Below are positions 1 to 12,409 of a stretch of DNA of 64,000 nucleotides, piece after piece. Source of the stretch: Guillardia theta CCMP2712 (lineage: Eukaryota; Protista; Cryptophyta); assembly GCF_000315625.1 (NCBI RefSeq), contig NW_005434624.1:272991-336990 (forward strand), read 5' to 3'. Each line of letters opens with the position of its first letter. Position 1 is the first letter of the stretch. The notes below the pieces were generated by a model that saw only the letters and a program-made list of their open reading frames with translations, ran no database searches and was not told where the DNA came from. The translations under genes and the position numbers were made by a program.

Positions 1-457
1 GGAGGAGGAAGGGGAAGAGGAAGGGGAAGAGGAAAACAAGGAGGAGGAGGAGGAGGAGGAGGAGGAGGAGGAGGAGGAGGAGACCAGACAGAAGGAATGA
101 ATCTAAGAACATGGGAAACAGAAAAGGAGCAACCATGAAACAGAGGAGATGGAAAGGAACGAGAGAAGAGGGGAATGGCAGAAGGAGGGGAGGAGAAGAG
201 AAGAGGGAGGGGAGAAGAAGAGAGAAGGAAGAGGAGAGGTGGAGAGGGAGAGGAAGGAGGGGAGAGGAGGAAGGGGAGAGGAAGAAGAGGGAGGAGGGAG
301 GACAACCGTGCGGACGGCACCATCGTCGGAGGCGTTGACGAGGATCAGCAGCTCCTTGTCGACGATCTTGAGGTAGTGAGTCCTCCAGGTGTCGGGGGGG
401 CGGAGGAGATACTCTGATGAGAGGTGAGGGCCAAAGAGGAAAACATTTCTGTTGATA

Positions 458-534
<77 letters not shown>

Positions 535-3130
535 GGTGGTGGTGGTGGTGGTGGTGGTGATCATGTGATAGTGATATAGGAGGAGGAGGAGGAGGAGGAG
601 CAGGGGCAGGGGCAGGGGCAGGGCAGGGGCAGGAGGAGAAGTGGCGTAGTGGTACAAGATATGTGCAACACTGTCTCCTATCGACTGATTCTGTCGGTAC
701 TTTCAGTTCACCTGCCTCGACCACTGATCGATTCTTGTCTTTCCCATCCTTCAGCTCAGTTTTCATCTCTCGCTCCTTCGCCTGATCCACCTGCGGATCA
801 CAGTTCTCGTCTCAAACACTGCCTTGCCCCCCTCTTTCTCCTCCCCCTCCTTCTCTTTGATCATACCATCACCACCACAACTTGCATCATTATCATCATA
901 ACACGTCGTCATCGTCGTGATCATCATCAATCATGTACATAATCATCTACATAATAATCTCCATCTCCATCATCGTTGTCGTCGTCGTCGTCGTCGTCGT
1001 CGTCATCATCATCATTATCATGTACATCATCATCATCGAACCACCTGCTCTACATGCGACTGATGCGCAGCCATCAGCTTGTAGACTCCCGACCGGAACT
1101 TGTCGAACTCTGCGTTAGGTCAGTCGATGAGTGGAATAAGAACTCAACGTAACTTCATTTCTCTTACCTGGGTTGTCCGTGTTGATATACGCAACTTCCA
1201 TATCAATGATGTTCTGAACATTCTCCTTTCATTTCGAGCCCCCAACCCACCACCTCCCTTCCTTCTTCTCCCCTCTCCCTTCAACTTCCTCCCGCCCCAT
1301 TCTCATCCCTCCCCCTCTCCTCCTCCATTTCCCTCTCCCTCGCTTCCATCTTTCCCCCTCACTTCTCCCTTCCTCTCCTCCTGCCGTAACCCCCCGCCAC
1401 ATAATAGGAAGCCACGTAGGCCGGGAACGATTTGGTCGGAAAGAGCACGTCATGCAGAGGCTTAGAGCCCCTGGAGCGGCCCGCTGGGTTCTGTCGGTCT
1501 TTAGCACTAATGGGGAAAGCCGCTGAGAGTCATAGATAAACAGCATCATTTCCCAGGGCGACCTCTTGGGGGGTCTCCTGGCCAGCGAGTCATCTTGACG
1601 TTGTAAATTGCCTGTTAATGGAGCCCGTTGGGCTATTCGCCCAGAGCCCTGAAGGTCAAGGANNNNNNNNNNNNNNNNNNNNNNNNNNNNNNNNNNNNNN
1701 NNNNNNNNNNNNNNNNNNNNNNNNNNNNNNNNNNNNNNNNNNNNNNNNNNNNNNNNNNNNNNGGTCCCCCTCCTACTTCCTCCCTTCCTCCTCCTCCCTC
1801 CTCCGCCCCCCCCCCCCCTTCGTACCTGCACGAACTCCCCCGCCTCCTTGGTCTTATCCCACAAGAGCCTCATGCACTCAGCATTCACTCGCTCCTGTAG
1901 GAAGGAAACGTCAGAGATAAACTCGCTCCTTCCCTCTCCCAGCTCTCGCTTGTTCCTTCTCCTCGTTTTCCTGCTTCTGCTGCTGCAACATGCTGCTGCT
2001 GCACATGCTCCTCCTCCTCCACCACTTCCTCGTTCTCCTCTTCTACTTCCCCTTCCTCCCCTCTTCTCCCCCCACACTTCATCGGTTTACCTTGAGCTCC
2101 TCGAACCTCCCGATCTCATTGCACGAGTTCGTCACGTCCTCCAACACCTGGTACATCATCAGCAGAGCAGCTTGGGGAGGGGAACGAGGGGAGGAGGGAC
2201 AACGTTCAGGGCATGAGGAGGGAAGGGAAGACCAAGAAAGATAAGAGGAAGCAGCAGTGAGAGGAATGGAGGATTCGGAAGAGCGAGGAGAAAGCTTAGG
2301 CAAGGAAGTAGGGTGGAGGAGGAAGAAGATTTGGAGGAAGGAGGGAGGGAGAGAGGAAAAGCAGGGCAGGAAAGGGAGGATCTAGAAAGAAGGAGGAGGA
2401 GGAGAGAGGCGAGGGGCTACGAGGAGGGAAGGATGAAATTCTCACCTGCTTCAGTTCGTCTCTCACCATCCTGACACACAAAGTCGCTGGCTCCTCCATC
2501 TTCTGAATCAATTTCTTCACCAGCACCTCGAACGCTGCAACAAGCCAAAATTCGGTCATCCTTGTCCTCGTCCCCTTCCCCTTCCCGTTCCCCTTCCTCC
2601 TCCTCTCCCTCCTTGCGTCCTCGTCTCTGTCCTCCCCTGCTCTGCTCTTCGCACCTGAGTTGGGAACGAACAGGTCAGCTCGCACTCCGACGGCATTCCG
2701 CCGGGCTGTGTGAATGTCTTCATCCGAGAGCTCCTGCAGGAGAGCAGGTCTTAGACTCTGAGAGACTCGAAGAGAGGAGGAGACAGGAGGAGAACGGAGG
2801 GGGTCGGGGTAGTGGGAGGGAGGGAGGAAAGGTAAAAGGAGCTGGGCAATAGAAGAGCAGGGCAAGTGGGAGGGGGAGGGATGGAGGGGAAGGGAAGGGA
2901 AGGGAGGGAGGAATGGATCAAGGGACGAAGGGGAGGGAGGGAGGGAGGGAGACGGGGACGGAGGGAGAGGGGGAGGGGGAGTTTCAATGTGACATCTTGC
3001 TTGTCTCTGGTTCACCTCTGAGTCCATTTCTTCGATGTCCTTTCGAAATTCCTGCAAACCAGTCACAGCGATCCTGTAAAACATCCGGAGATTCTTGGTG
3101 CCCCTCCTCGTCCTCGTCCTCGTCCTCGTC

Positions 3131-3191
<61 letters not shown>

Positions 3192-5297
3192 CCCTCGCCC
3201 TCGCCCTCGCCCTCGCCCTCGCCCTCGCCCTCGCCCTCGTCCTATCAGTTTCGCCCATCCCCTCCCCTCTTTGCCCCTCCCCATCGACTGCAGACCTTCA
3301 GGAAGATCTCACGGACTCGGGCGGGTCCGTAAAGCGCGACAGTGCTGTGAGGTGTTGATAAGAAGAAGGGATGAGGATCAACCAGGGTTTGCGATCATTA
3401 TCATGTACATCATCGTCATCATTCTCATCCTCATCCTCATCCTCATCCTTGTCATCATCATGTACACCATGTACATCATCACCACCTTCTTTACTCACCT
3501 GTTCTTTGCGTTCCCTTGCATAATCTCCCGGTACTGTTCACAGAATCTATGGATGGCACTGACCTGTTGGGACGTCATTCCACTAATTCTCTTTCTCTGT
3601 TGCCCTCTTACAACAATCGCCCGCTGCTCCCTTTGTGTTTGTCCGCACTCGCCGCCATATCTCTCCTGCACCTCGTAGGCTTCTCGTAGCAGATACTTCA
3701 CCTGTACATCATTCAGCTCCAATCTCCTCCTCTCCTCTCAATCCCCTCCTCTGCTATCGTCGTCCTTCTCTCCTCTCCTCTCCTGTCGTCGTCCTTTCTA
3801 CTCTGCTCGCCTATTGTTATCCTTCTGCTCTGCTCTGCTCTGCTGTCCTCTTCTCTCTTGTCCTCCTCTTCGTTCCCGTCCTTCCCCCTGTACTTCCTCT
3901 TTCCCCTCCTGTTTCTCCCACGTTCTATTCTTTACCCCCTTCCCTGTCCCCTTCCTCCCTCTTTCACTGCAGCCTATCAGCATTGAAACACTCACGGACC
4001 TTCTTTGAGATCTCCGGCATGTGCAACCTGATGTGGTTCTCAAGGATGTTGTTGAGCCTTCTTGACAAGTAGGGAATTCCCTGTTGTGCACGATCAAACT
4101 ATGTTTCCTCACCCCCCAGTCCCCTCCCTGTCTCCTCCTCCTCCTCCTCCTCCTCCTCCTCCTCCACCACCATCACCACCATCACCACCATCACCACCAC
4201 TACTTTGTCCTCATTCTGCTCTTTGTTCTCCTCCTCTTCCTCTTTCATCATCTCACTTGTTCACTGGATATCGCGGCATATGCATGATGCTTCTGGAAGA
4301 AGAGAGATTCCGCTTTCAGCGCCTGCAAGAGTGTGTAAATATTCTTTCCTCCGTCCCCTCCTCCTCTCCTCCTCCTCCTCCTCCTCTTCCCCTCACATCT
4401 CTCATAGGCTTCGATGTGTCGATATCCCTCTGGCTTCGGTTCACCACCCCTATGTACCCGTGCTTGAGGGGGTACACCTTCCCCTCCAGCACGTCCCGCG
4501 CGTCCGTCCCTTGATCCATGAGGTCCAACTTGGTCAGCACGCCCACCGTCCTGCTCCCGTCGGGGTCCACCATCCTCGCCATCTGCAGCCCGTCGGAGTT
4601 GGCGATGTCCTGGTTGGCGGCAGAGACGGCGAGGATAATGCAGTTGGGCTTCTCTATGAACTCTCGCACCATCGTGCTGATCATCTCGGAGATGTTGTGA
4701 GGCTGGTCCCCAACGGGAACCTTGGTCAGGCCGGGGAGGTCGACGAGCGTCAGGTTGAGGACGCTCTTGCTATGCACGCGGAGGATGATGGGTTCCTTGG
4801 AGACTGACTTGTTCGTACCAGCTATCTTGTCCGTCTCCACCTCGATCGTCCTCCTCACCTCGTCGAAGCTCGTGAACTTTTTGTTGATGTGCGCGAACTC
4901 TGCGTAGTCCTGCGAGATATCTTCTTGCAACAGCTGTAGCAGCAGCCGTCAGGGCGGAAGGGGAAGCGGGGGAGCAGCAGCGAAAGACGAGGATGAGCAG
5001 GGAGCGAGGGACAGGGAGGAGGGAGGAAGGAGGAGCAAGTGAAAGGCACCTGCAGTATCAGAGGCCTTCTGGTACAGATGCCGCTTCCTCTCGGAAGGAA
5101 GTCATACCCCACCAAGCTCTCCAGCACACTACTCTTCCCGCTGCTCTGACTGCCGACCACAGCGATCTGCATGTTGCCTTAGAGGATCGTCATCAACATC
5201 CGAAGGGAACCTGAGGGAGGTCTACAGGAGGGATGTCCAGTGGTGCGAACGCCTCCTGTAGTTTGTTCATGACGGGGATCAACTCGTTGAGCGGCAT
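1..5297 (-). CDS. Dynamin-related GTPase, paralogue 1 (multi-exon; 3' end runs off the window)
   Basis: Spliced exons read [21 protein letters not shown] / [28 protein letters not shown] (G1,G2) / LVDLPGLTK (G3) / TKLD (G4) / [18 protein letters not shown] / [16 protein letters not shown] / [11 protein letters not shown] (middle domain). Exons are separated by GT..AG CT-rich introns. Confidence 0.93.
1386..1662. mobile_element. Probable inserted repeat (LTR-like end) in a dynamin intron, truncated by an assembly gap
   Basis: Abrupt switch from CT-rich intron to high-complexity sequence starting TGCCGTAAC, ending at an N gap. No dynamin coding match. Confidence 0.35.
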
Positions 5298-5624
5298 CTG
5301 GAAGGCATGTAAGCGATGGGAGGAGAGCATGGCTGCAGGAGCTCTTTTTGTCGTTGCAACCCATTCATGGAGCTCGTTTGATGCAAGGACAAGGAAGAAT
5401 ACTAGAATTTCAAAATGGCTCTAGAGACAGGGGCAAGAGATAACGATAATCGATCAATAGACTGGGGTAGGGAATAGGGACTGGAGACACTAGCAGATTA
5501 TCTAGGTACTTCAGCTAAAGCATGCATGATCCAACAGCTTATCAAGACTGAGACCGCACTAGCTGGTGCCGTACAAATGCTCGTCTTCGCAACCACAGTG
5601 AACGATCTCATGGATAATCCATTG

Positions 5625-5658
<34 letters not shown>

Positions 5659-5719
5659 CCCTGCCCCTGCCCCTGCCCCTGCCCCTGCTCCTGCCCCTGC
5701 CCCTGCCCCTGCCCCTGCC

Positions 5720-5758
<39 letters not shown>

Positions 5759-6951
5759 TCTCCTCTTCACTCCATGCCTTCCGCTCTCTCCTTCGTCCGC
5801 ATCACTTCGTATCCTCATCAGCGCATCAGCCGGCGGGAAACCGTGAATGAGTGGGGGTAGGGGATACACAGGGTGGTATCGATCCTCCCTTGTTTGAGTG
5901 AAAAGAAGGGGTCCTGGGAAGAAAGATAATTGATAGCAGGGGTAGTAGAACTTTTTTGCAACCAAGGGATGTTCAATAGTGGGGTAAGACGCTGGAAATT
6001 ATGGGGTAGTACATAAATAAAGACCTATGAGGGGAAGGGGCTGGGTAGTGATAGAAACTGTAGGGTATTCGATTCGGAGGGTGGGTAGGGGGTGGGTATT
6101 TCAAACATTCAGATTTTTCAATGAATTTTGAGCTCATAGAAGTCTCAACTTGACGGACGGCCGCGGGCGGCGCCGGCCGGCCGAGTCGGAGCCGCCGCCG
6201 CCTCCGGCCCGGGCCGGGCCCTGCGCCCCGGGCCCGGCACTGCAAGCGGGGCGTGGTACGGGGGCCGGGTGACCGTCTACCGTAGTACCCCGGTACCGTA
6301 CGCCGGGTAGGCTACATTGTTACCACGGTACTGTGCAACGGTTTGCTCAAAGCCTTAAGTTGAGTTGAACTTCATCCCGGAGTAAGGGCCATCATCAATC
6401 TTGAATCCGAAACTTCTTTCGTCAGGCCCTGAGAGGACGGTCCGGCGCCGCCGAGCCTCGGCGGGTGACTAGGAAGCTTGACGGGCTTGATTCGGTGACC
6501 GTGACTGCCAGGCTTTCGCCAAGATCGGACAGCCTCTGAGAGAGAACTTCGGAAAGGCTGGCAACCCAGGGCCGGCTCGGCCGCCTCCCGGAGTCCGATC
6601 CTGCCACTCAGTGCAGTGACTGACAGGCTGACTGGCAACCGTGACTCTGCTGGCCAGTGACGCTGATTCAGCGACCGACTGACCTGAACCCACTGTGATC
6701 AGGCTTCAGACCATACTAGTCACCGATTGAGAGGCGCATGGGCCCCTCGGACGGACGCCCGCAGCACGAGTCACAGCGCTACCAGGATAACCATGGCGTC
6801 AGCCCGGGTGTTGAGCCCAGGATCAGCAACAAAATCTACAGGGCCCGAAAGGTGTCCGATCAGCGATCACAGTGAAGGCTGCGGCTGCCGCAGTGCGCGG
6901 TCACCGGAGCAGACTCAGATGAGGCTGGGAGACTGACTCGGACTCTATCGG

Positions 6952-7880
6952 TCAATCGTCCGTCTTCCTCGCGAACAAGTCCTCTGCCTGGTAGGAGAGC
7001 AAGGCAGTGAGATGAAGAGACTAGCCCAGCTACAGCACATCAAATTCACCGGAAGGAGGGCAGGGACCTTGTAGACCCACCCGTTGCTCGCCCGGCGAGC
7101 CGCCAGCACTCGGTCCGTGCCGTCCGTGTACTTGCTGAAGAGCGTTGACAACTGCAGGGTACAATGTCAGTGAAGAAGTCAACTCTTCTCTGCACATCAC
7201 AGGATATCCTATCCCCGTCACGGTCGTCACGGCTGAGTCCCTTCCGAGTTTCTCCAGCGATGCTGGGTCCAGCACTTGGGACAGGGCGACCTGGTGAGTC
7301 GAGCAAGTATCAAACGAGTGCTACGATATCAGCGATGGGGTACATGGGAAAGAAGATACTTCCTCCACTCCTGCTCATTCAGCGACATGAGAAGCCTCTG
7401 CCCGACGTTGCTCTGTGGTATGTGAGCTTGGGCAAGCATGTTGCACAATGTGACCTGCAGCGCCGAGTTGACAGGAGCGAACACCACCAAGCTTCGAGTT
7501 GCGTGATGTTTGCTCAGACTCGGCTTGTCCCAGGCGCCCTGCTTGAGCTCCTGCAAGAAGCTTTCTCATCCAGGTCAAGGGACCGCCATGGTCTACCTCG
7601 TAGTAGGAGAAGAAGAGAGTTGTATCTGGATCGCGCTGTAGTATGTCCCGCACTGTTTCCTTGGCGCCCTGCCGTCTTCTAGTCACGATATGTTTAACAT
7701 TCTGAGCAGTGCGCGAGACCTTGCTCATGCATGCGCAGAGAAGAACGCAGAGGATGCTCACGGCCACAAGGACAGGAATCGCGTTCCATCCTGTGTGCTG
7801 GTAAGTCGAGGTTGCATGGGAGGGAGCATGGCAGATGTCTGCACACCTAGAAATATCGCCAGCATCTCTTGCCCTGCCAT
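6952..7880 (-). CDS. Secreted fasciclin (FAS1) domain protein, multi-exon
   Basis: Hydrophobic N-terminus (AVSILCVLLCAC), then FAS1-like motifs in order: TVRDILQRDPDTTLF, VVFAPVNSAL (H1), KYLLSHV, ASNGWVYKVPALLP (H2). Confidence 0.75.
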
Positions 7881-8343
7881 GGCGCTCAGCATTCTCGGCT
7901 CTTCTCTCTCAGCATTCCCTCCGCTCCTTCACCAGTCACCATTTTCATGCATCACAAGGACCACCCCCACCTTCATGTTTCTTCAGATTTGATGGGGTAT
8001 GATTATCTGAGGCGGGTCTTCTCTATCCGAGGCGGGGCTTCTCTAAGCTAGTCCTCGGGAGCGACGGTCGGCCCGCCGGTGGCCCGCCGGGGGCCCGCCG
8101 GGCCCGTCAGCCAGTCACTGTGCTACTGAACGCCGAGTCCGGTAGGAGAGTGATAGGAAGGAATCTCCCCGAATCCGGAGGATTAGCTGATGTATGGCCC
8201 GCGCGTCCCCACCGACTCGGCGGCCAGGGCCCCCGCAAGCCCCGCGCGCCCTTTGACTGGGCTGAGGGATCGGCTGCCCTAGGAAATTGAACGCATTGAA
8301 GAATATTCTATACAAGTGTGAATCAAGACAATCGTGACGGTCG

Positions 8344-10767
8344 CTAGCTGTCGAGCTTGTGATACACTAAGAGGTAGGCAGTCTGAGAGCAGCCCAGCAC
8401 GTTCTCGAACGCTGCAACAGCAGGCTGCAAGGAAGGAAAGGACTTCAGAAGAAGCAGGGGGAGGGAGCTGGCGGGGGGGGCAAGGGGGAGGAAGGTCAGA
8501 GACTTACGATCCTTCCTGACGTCACGTCCCGTTGCCCAACAGGAGTGCAGATATGGTCGTTACACTCCCACCAGGCGCCACCTGGTTTACTGTCAGGTTA
8601 ACGATGACGAAGAGGGGGAATTGGAGAAGGTGGACACGAGAGCAGGAGCAGAGCAGGAGCAGGAGCAGACATGCGGCAAACATGGCAAGGTCCATTGCAG
8701 CAGCACACGGATCGATAAGCAGTAGCAGCACCGCGAATTGAAGGAGCGAGGCAGAAGCAGCAGAACGGAAACAGAGAAGAAGAAGGAGCAGGAGAAGGGA
8801 AACTGAGCCGATGGACGAGGAGGAGGAGGAGGAGGAGGAGGAGGAGGAGGAGGAGGAGGAGGAGGAGGAGGAGGAGGAGGAGACTGAGTTGATCAAGGAG
8901 GGTGAGGTGGGGAAGAAGAGGAGGCGGAGGCGGATTTGCTGACCTTGGTCTTTCACCGCACAGACGTAATGACCAGCCTGACTAACATCAGCTAGCACAA
9001 GCTGACAGAAAAAAACCTCTAAGGAGCCTCCGAGGTGATAGCAGATGCCTGCAAGGCAGGTAAGACGCGAGAACAGAAGCGAAGAGGAGGGGGAGACGAC
9101 CGGTGAGCTCGAAGGTTTGAGACTGAGCTTCCTCTGGGTGGTCAAGGAGGAGGTCTTGTAAGAGGGAAGTGGGAGGGTAAGAGAAAGCGATCGGAGGAAC
9201 AAGAAAGTTTTACCATCACACTCGTCGATGTGATAGTCCTTTGTCTGCGAGGAATGAAAGAGAGTGAGTGGGAGAGAGAGAAGGCGAGAGAGAGAGGGGG
9301 AGGGAGAGGGAGAGACAGAGAGGGAGGGACGAGAAGGGACCAGCGGAGGTGACATGTGGAAAAGGGGAGAGAGGAGAGGGAGAGGGAGGGGGAAAGGGAG
9401 AGGGAGAGGGAGAGGGAGAGGGAGGGAGAGAGGGAGAGGGAGAGGGAGATGGCACAACATGGAGTTGAGAGCAAGGAGAGAAGGGTCGAGGAGCAACAAC
9501 AAACAGCACAAGTTCTTGATACCCATGATTGGCTCTCGTTGTCGAGCCAGAAACGCAGGAAGGGGCTGATCTTGAGTGCCGTATCAAGCTTCCTGGCATA
9601 AGTGGAGTGGCCTGAGGAAACAGTGAGCAAGGAGAGGAGGGAGAAGCGATCTTGGACGGGGGAAAGGGCGGACAAAGAGATGGATGGGGGAGGAGGGGGG
9701 AGTGGGAGGAGGAGGAGGAGGAGGAGGCGATGGAGGAGGAGGCGATGGTGGTGGTGTGTCGAAACGAAGAGGAGGAGGACAAGCAAGAGGTGGACATGGA
9801 GGGGAAAGAACTTAGGAGAATGAAGAGAGAGGGGGCTGGCAGGAGGAATGGAATGACAGCAAGGGGGTCCAGGAGAGAAGGAGAGAAGGGAAGGAGAGAG
9901 CGGATTAGAGCAGAGGAGAGGAAAAACCCTTGTCAAATCGAAATCTCCGCACGCAAACGATGAGGCTGCGGGGAAAGTCAGGGAGGAGTAGAAGGGAGTT
10001 GAAAGAGGATCGTTGACCTCCTTGGGAGTTTCCACATCTTCGTGGTCCGTTTGATGTTGTCGGTCCCTCCGGAATGTCCTCGTGGAAATATCTTGACGCG
10101 GGCATTAGCAAGGAGGCATGTGGAGGAGGAGGCGGAAGAGGAGGAGGAAGCGGAAGAGGCGGAAGAGGAGGAGGGCGATGTGAAAAAGGGCATGCAGAAC
10201 GGAAAAGCACCACCAGGAGCGGGAGCAGGAGCGGTAGCAGCAGAAAAAGGAAGGGGAGCTACAGAGAGAGAGGGAAACGAGGAACGGAAGGAACGGTAGA
10301 GTGTGCAGGAGTAAGATAAGCACCTGTTCAGCAGCTGGCCGATGCTCTCGCCGCTAGCCTCGAGGGAAGCAACAAGGACATTGAAAGGTTCAAATTCGCA
10401 GCTGGATCAGAGTTTGAGCCTAACCGCCGACCTCCTCTGTACCCCCCGGCCCACCTCCTCCTCAGACTTATCTTCCATTTCCTTCTCGTCCCTCCCTCGC
10501 TCTAATTTGTCTATCAGCCTCTTCACTCTCGTGTCGAATCCTAGTCTGACTTTGCATGCTTGCTTCTTTCTTGTTTTTGCCTCCCATTCACCCTTTCCTC
10601 TTCTCCCTCCTCTCCTGCTCTCCTCCTCTTTCTCACCCTTTCATCGTCTGCTTGCTGAGATCCCATGTATGTGTGAGTATCTGACCAACGAAGGATGGGG
10701 ATGAAGAGGAGAGTCTGTCGACCAGTTAGAAGCAGTGTCCAGCAGCAGAAGCGGCAGCAGCGGCAGC

Positions 10768-10843
<76 letters not shown>

Positions 10844-12361
10844 CGACATGGAAAGGACGATGATGGACAAGGAAGCAAGGAGGTACGCAACGCTCAGGGT
10901 TTTCACCTACTCCTCCTCGTCCTGGAATTTTCCACGCACATCCCAAGGACGTCGAAATCCCATTTGACCTCCCCAAGGATCTAACGGCGGAAAGAGGTCA
11001 GGACGAGCGAGGTAGGAGGAGAGAAGGGGGACGAGAGGGATAAAGTAGAGTAGGAGGGTAAGAAATTAAAAGCAAAAGGCAGCAGCAGCGGGTCTGAGCG
11101 AGGACAAGTGGAGAGGGGGGAGGGGGGGGAGGAGGAGGAGGTGAGGGAGAACGAGGAGAAAGAAGGGAAAGAAGAGGAGCTGATGCTGCTGATGCTGCGT
11201 TCAACCTTCATCATGGACAGGAATTCTGTCTGATCCTGTCGGGACGAGATGCCCTCAAGTCTCTGCAGCGAGAGGGAGAGGAGGGTCAGCAAGCGGAGAG
11301 GAGCAGCAGGAGCAGCGGACGTGCAGGTATTGCTCGCAGAAGTGACCCATCTTGGTATGCTCTTCCTTGGGGATCTGCGACCGCAAGTCCTCCCGAACGA
11401 TCTGAAGGATGGGAAGGTGAGGGAAAGTAATAGACGGTAAGGAGGAGGTAAGAGAGGGGGTTTGGGGAGGGAGAGAGGAGAGGAAACGAGGAAGAAGGCA
11501 GCGAAAAGCGAGCAGCAAGCAGGAGGAGTGGTTTTAAGGTATGCGCAGAGGGCAGAGGCGAACCTGGAGAATCGACTCGAGGAACTCGTGTACGTCACAC
11601 TGCCCCTGATGCAGCAAAGCAGATCAGGAGGAACGGAGGAGGGGGAGACAGAAGCGAGGATGGTGGTATTTGAGAAGGATTTGGAAGTGGTGGAGGAGGT
11701 AGAGTAGTGATAGTGGTGTTAGCAATTAGAGAGGACGAGGAGGAGAAATAGTAGGAGGATGACAAAGTGGTAGACGAACTGATGTTCGTCGTTGAGATGA
11801 ACAAGTAGTGTTGGCAGTGGTGAATGAGGAAGGACCAAGGAAGCACCTGGCGCTGTTGAGAAGGGACTATGAGAGGGACCCATCTATGAATGCAGTCGCT
11901 GCAGGAGAAGTTCAGGACGCACCAGCGAAGCAAAGAGAAAAGGAGAGCGAGAGAGCAGGGGACAACGAGGCAGGAAGGGAGGACGAGGAGGAAAAGGAGA
12001 CAGAGGGTGAATAGCAGGTGCAGCAGGGAGCGTGGTATGAAGAGGGACCGGAAGCTGTTGGAAGTCTGTTTGTCGATCGGTTTCCCAGCGCTGAGAGTGA
12101 AGTCATTTTCTCTTCACCTTTCTCTCCATAATCCTTTCTCCTGCTGAATCCTCCCCATCCTCCCCATTGTCTTCTTCCTCTGCCCCCTGTATCCTTTTCC
12201 TGTCTCCTCATGGCTTGTTCCCCCCTCGACCCCCCTCTGACCCCTCTGGATTTTTGCTGCGATCGCACTACCTCTTATCGCCCTTTCTTTGCTCCAGCTT
12301 TAATTTCACCTCCTGCTCCTCTTTCACTGCTTTCTGCTCCTGCTCCTGCCCCTGCGCCTGA

Positions 12362-12409
<48 letters not shown>
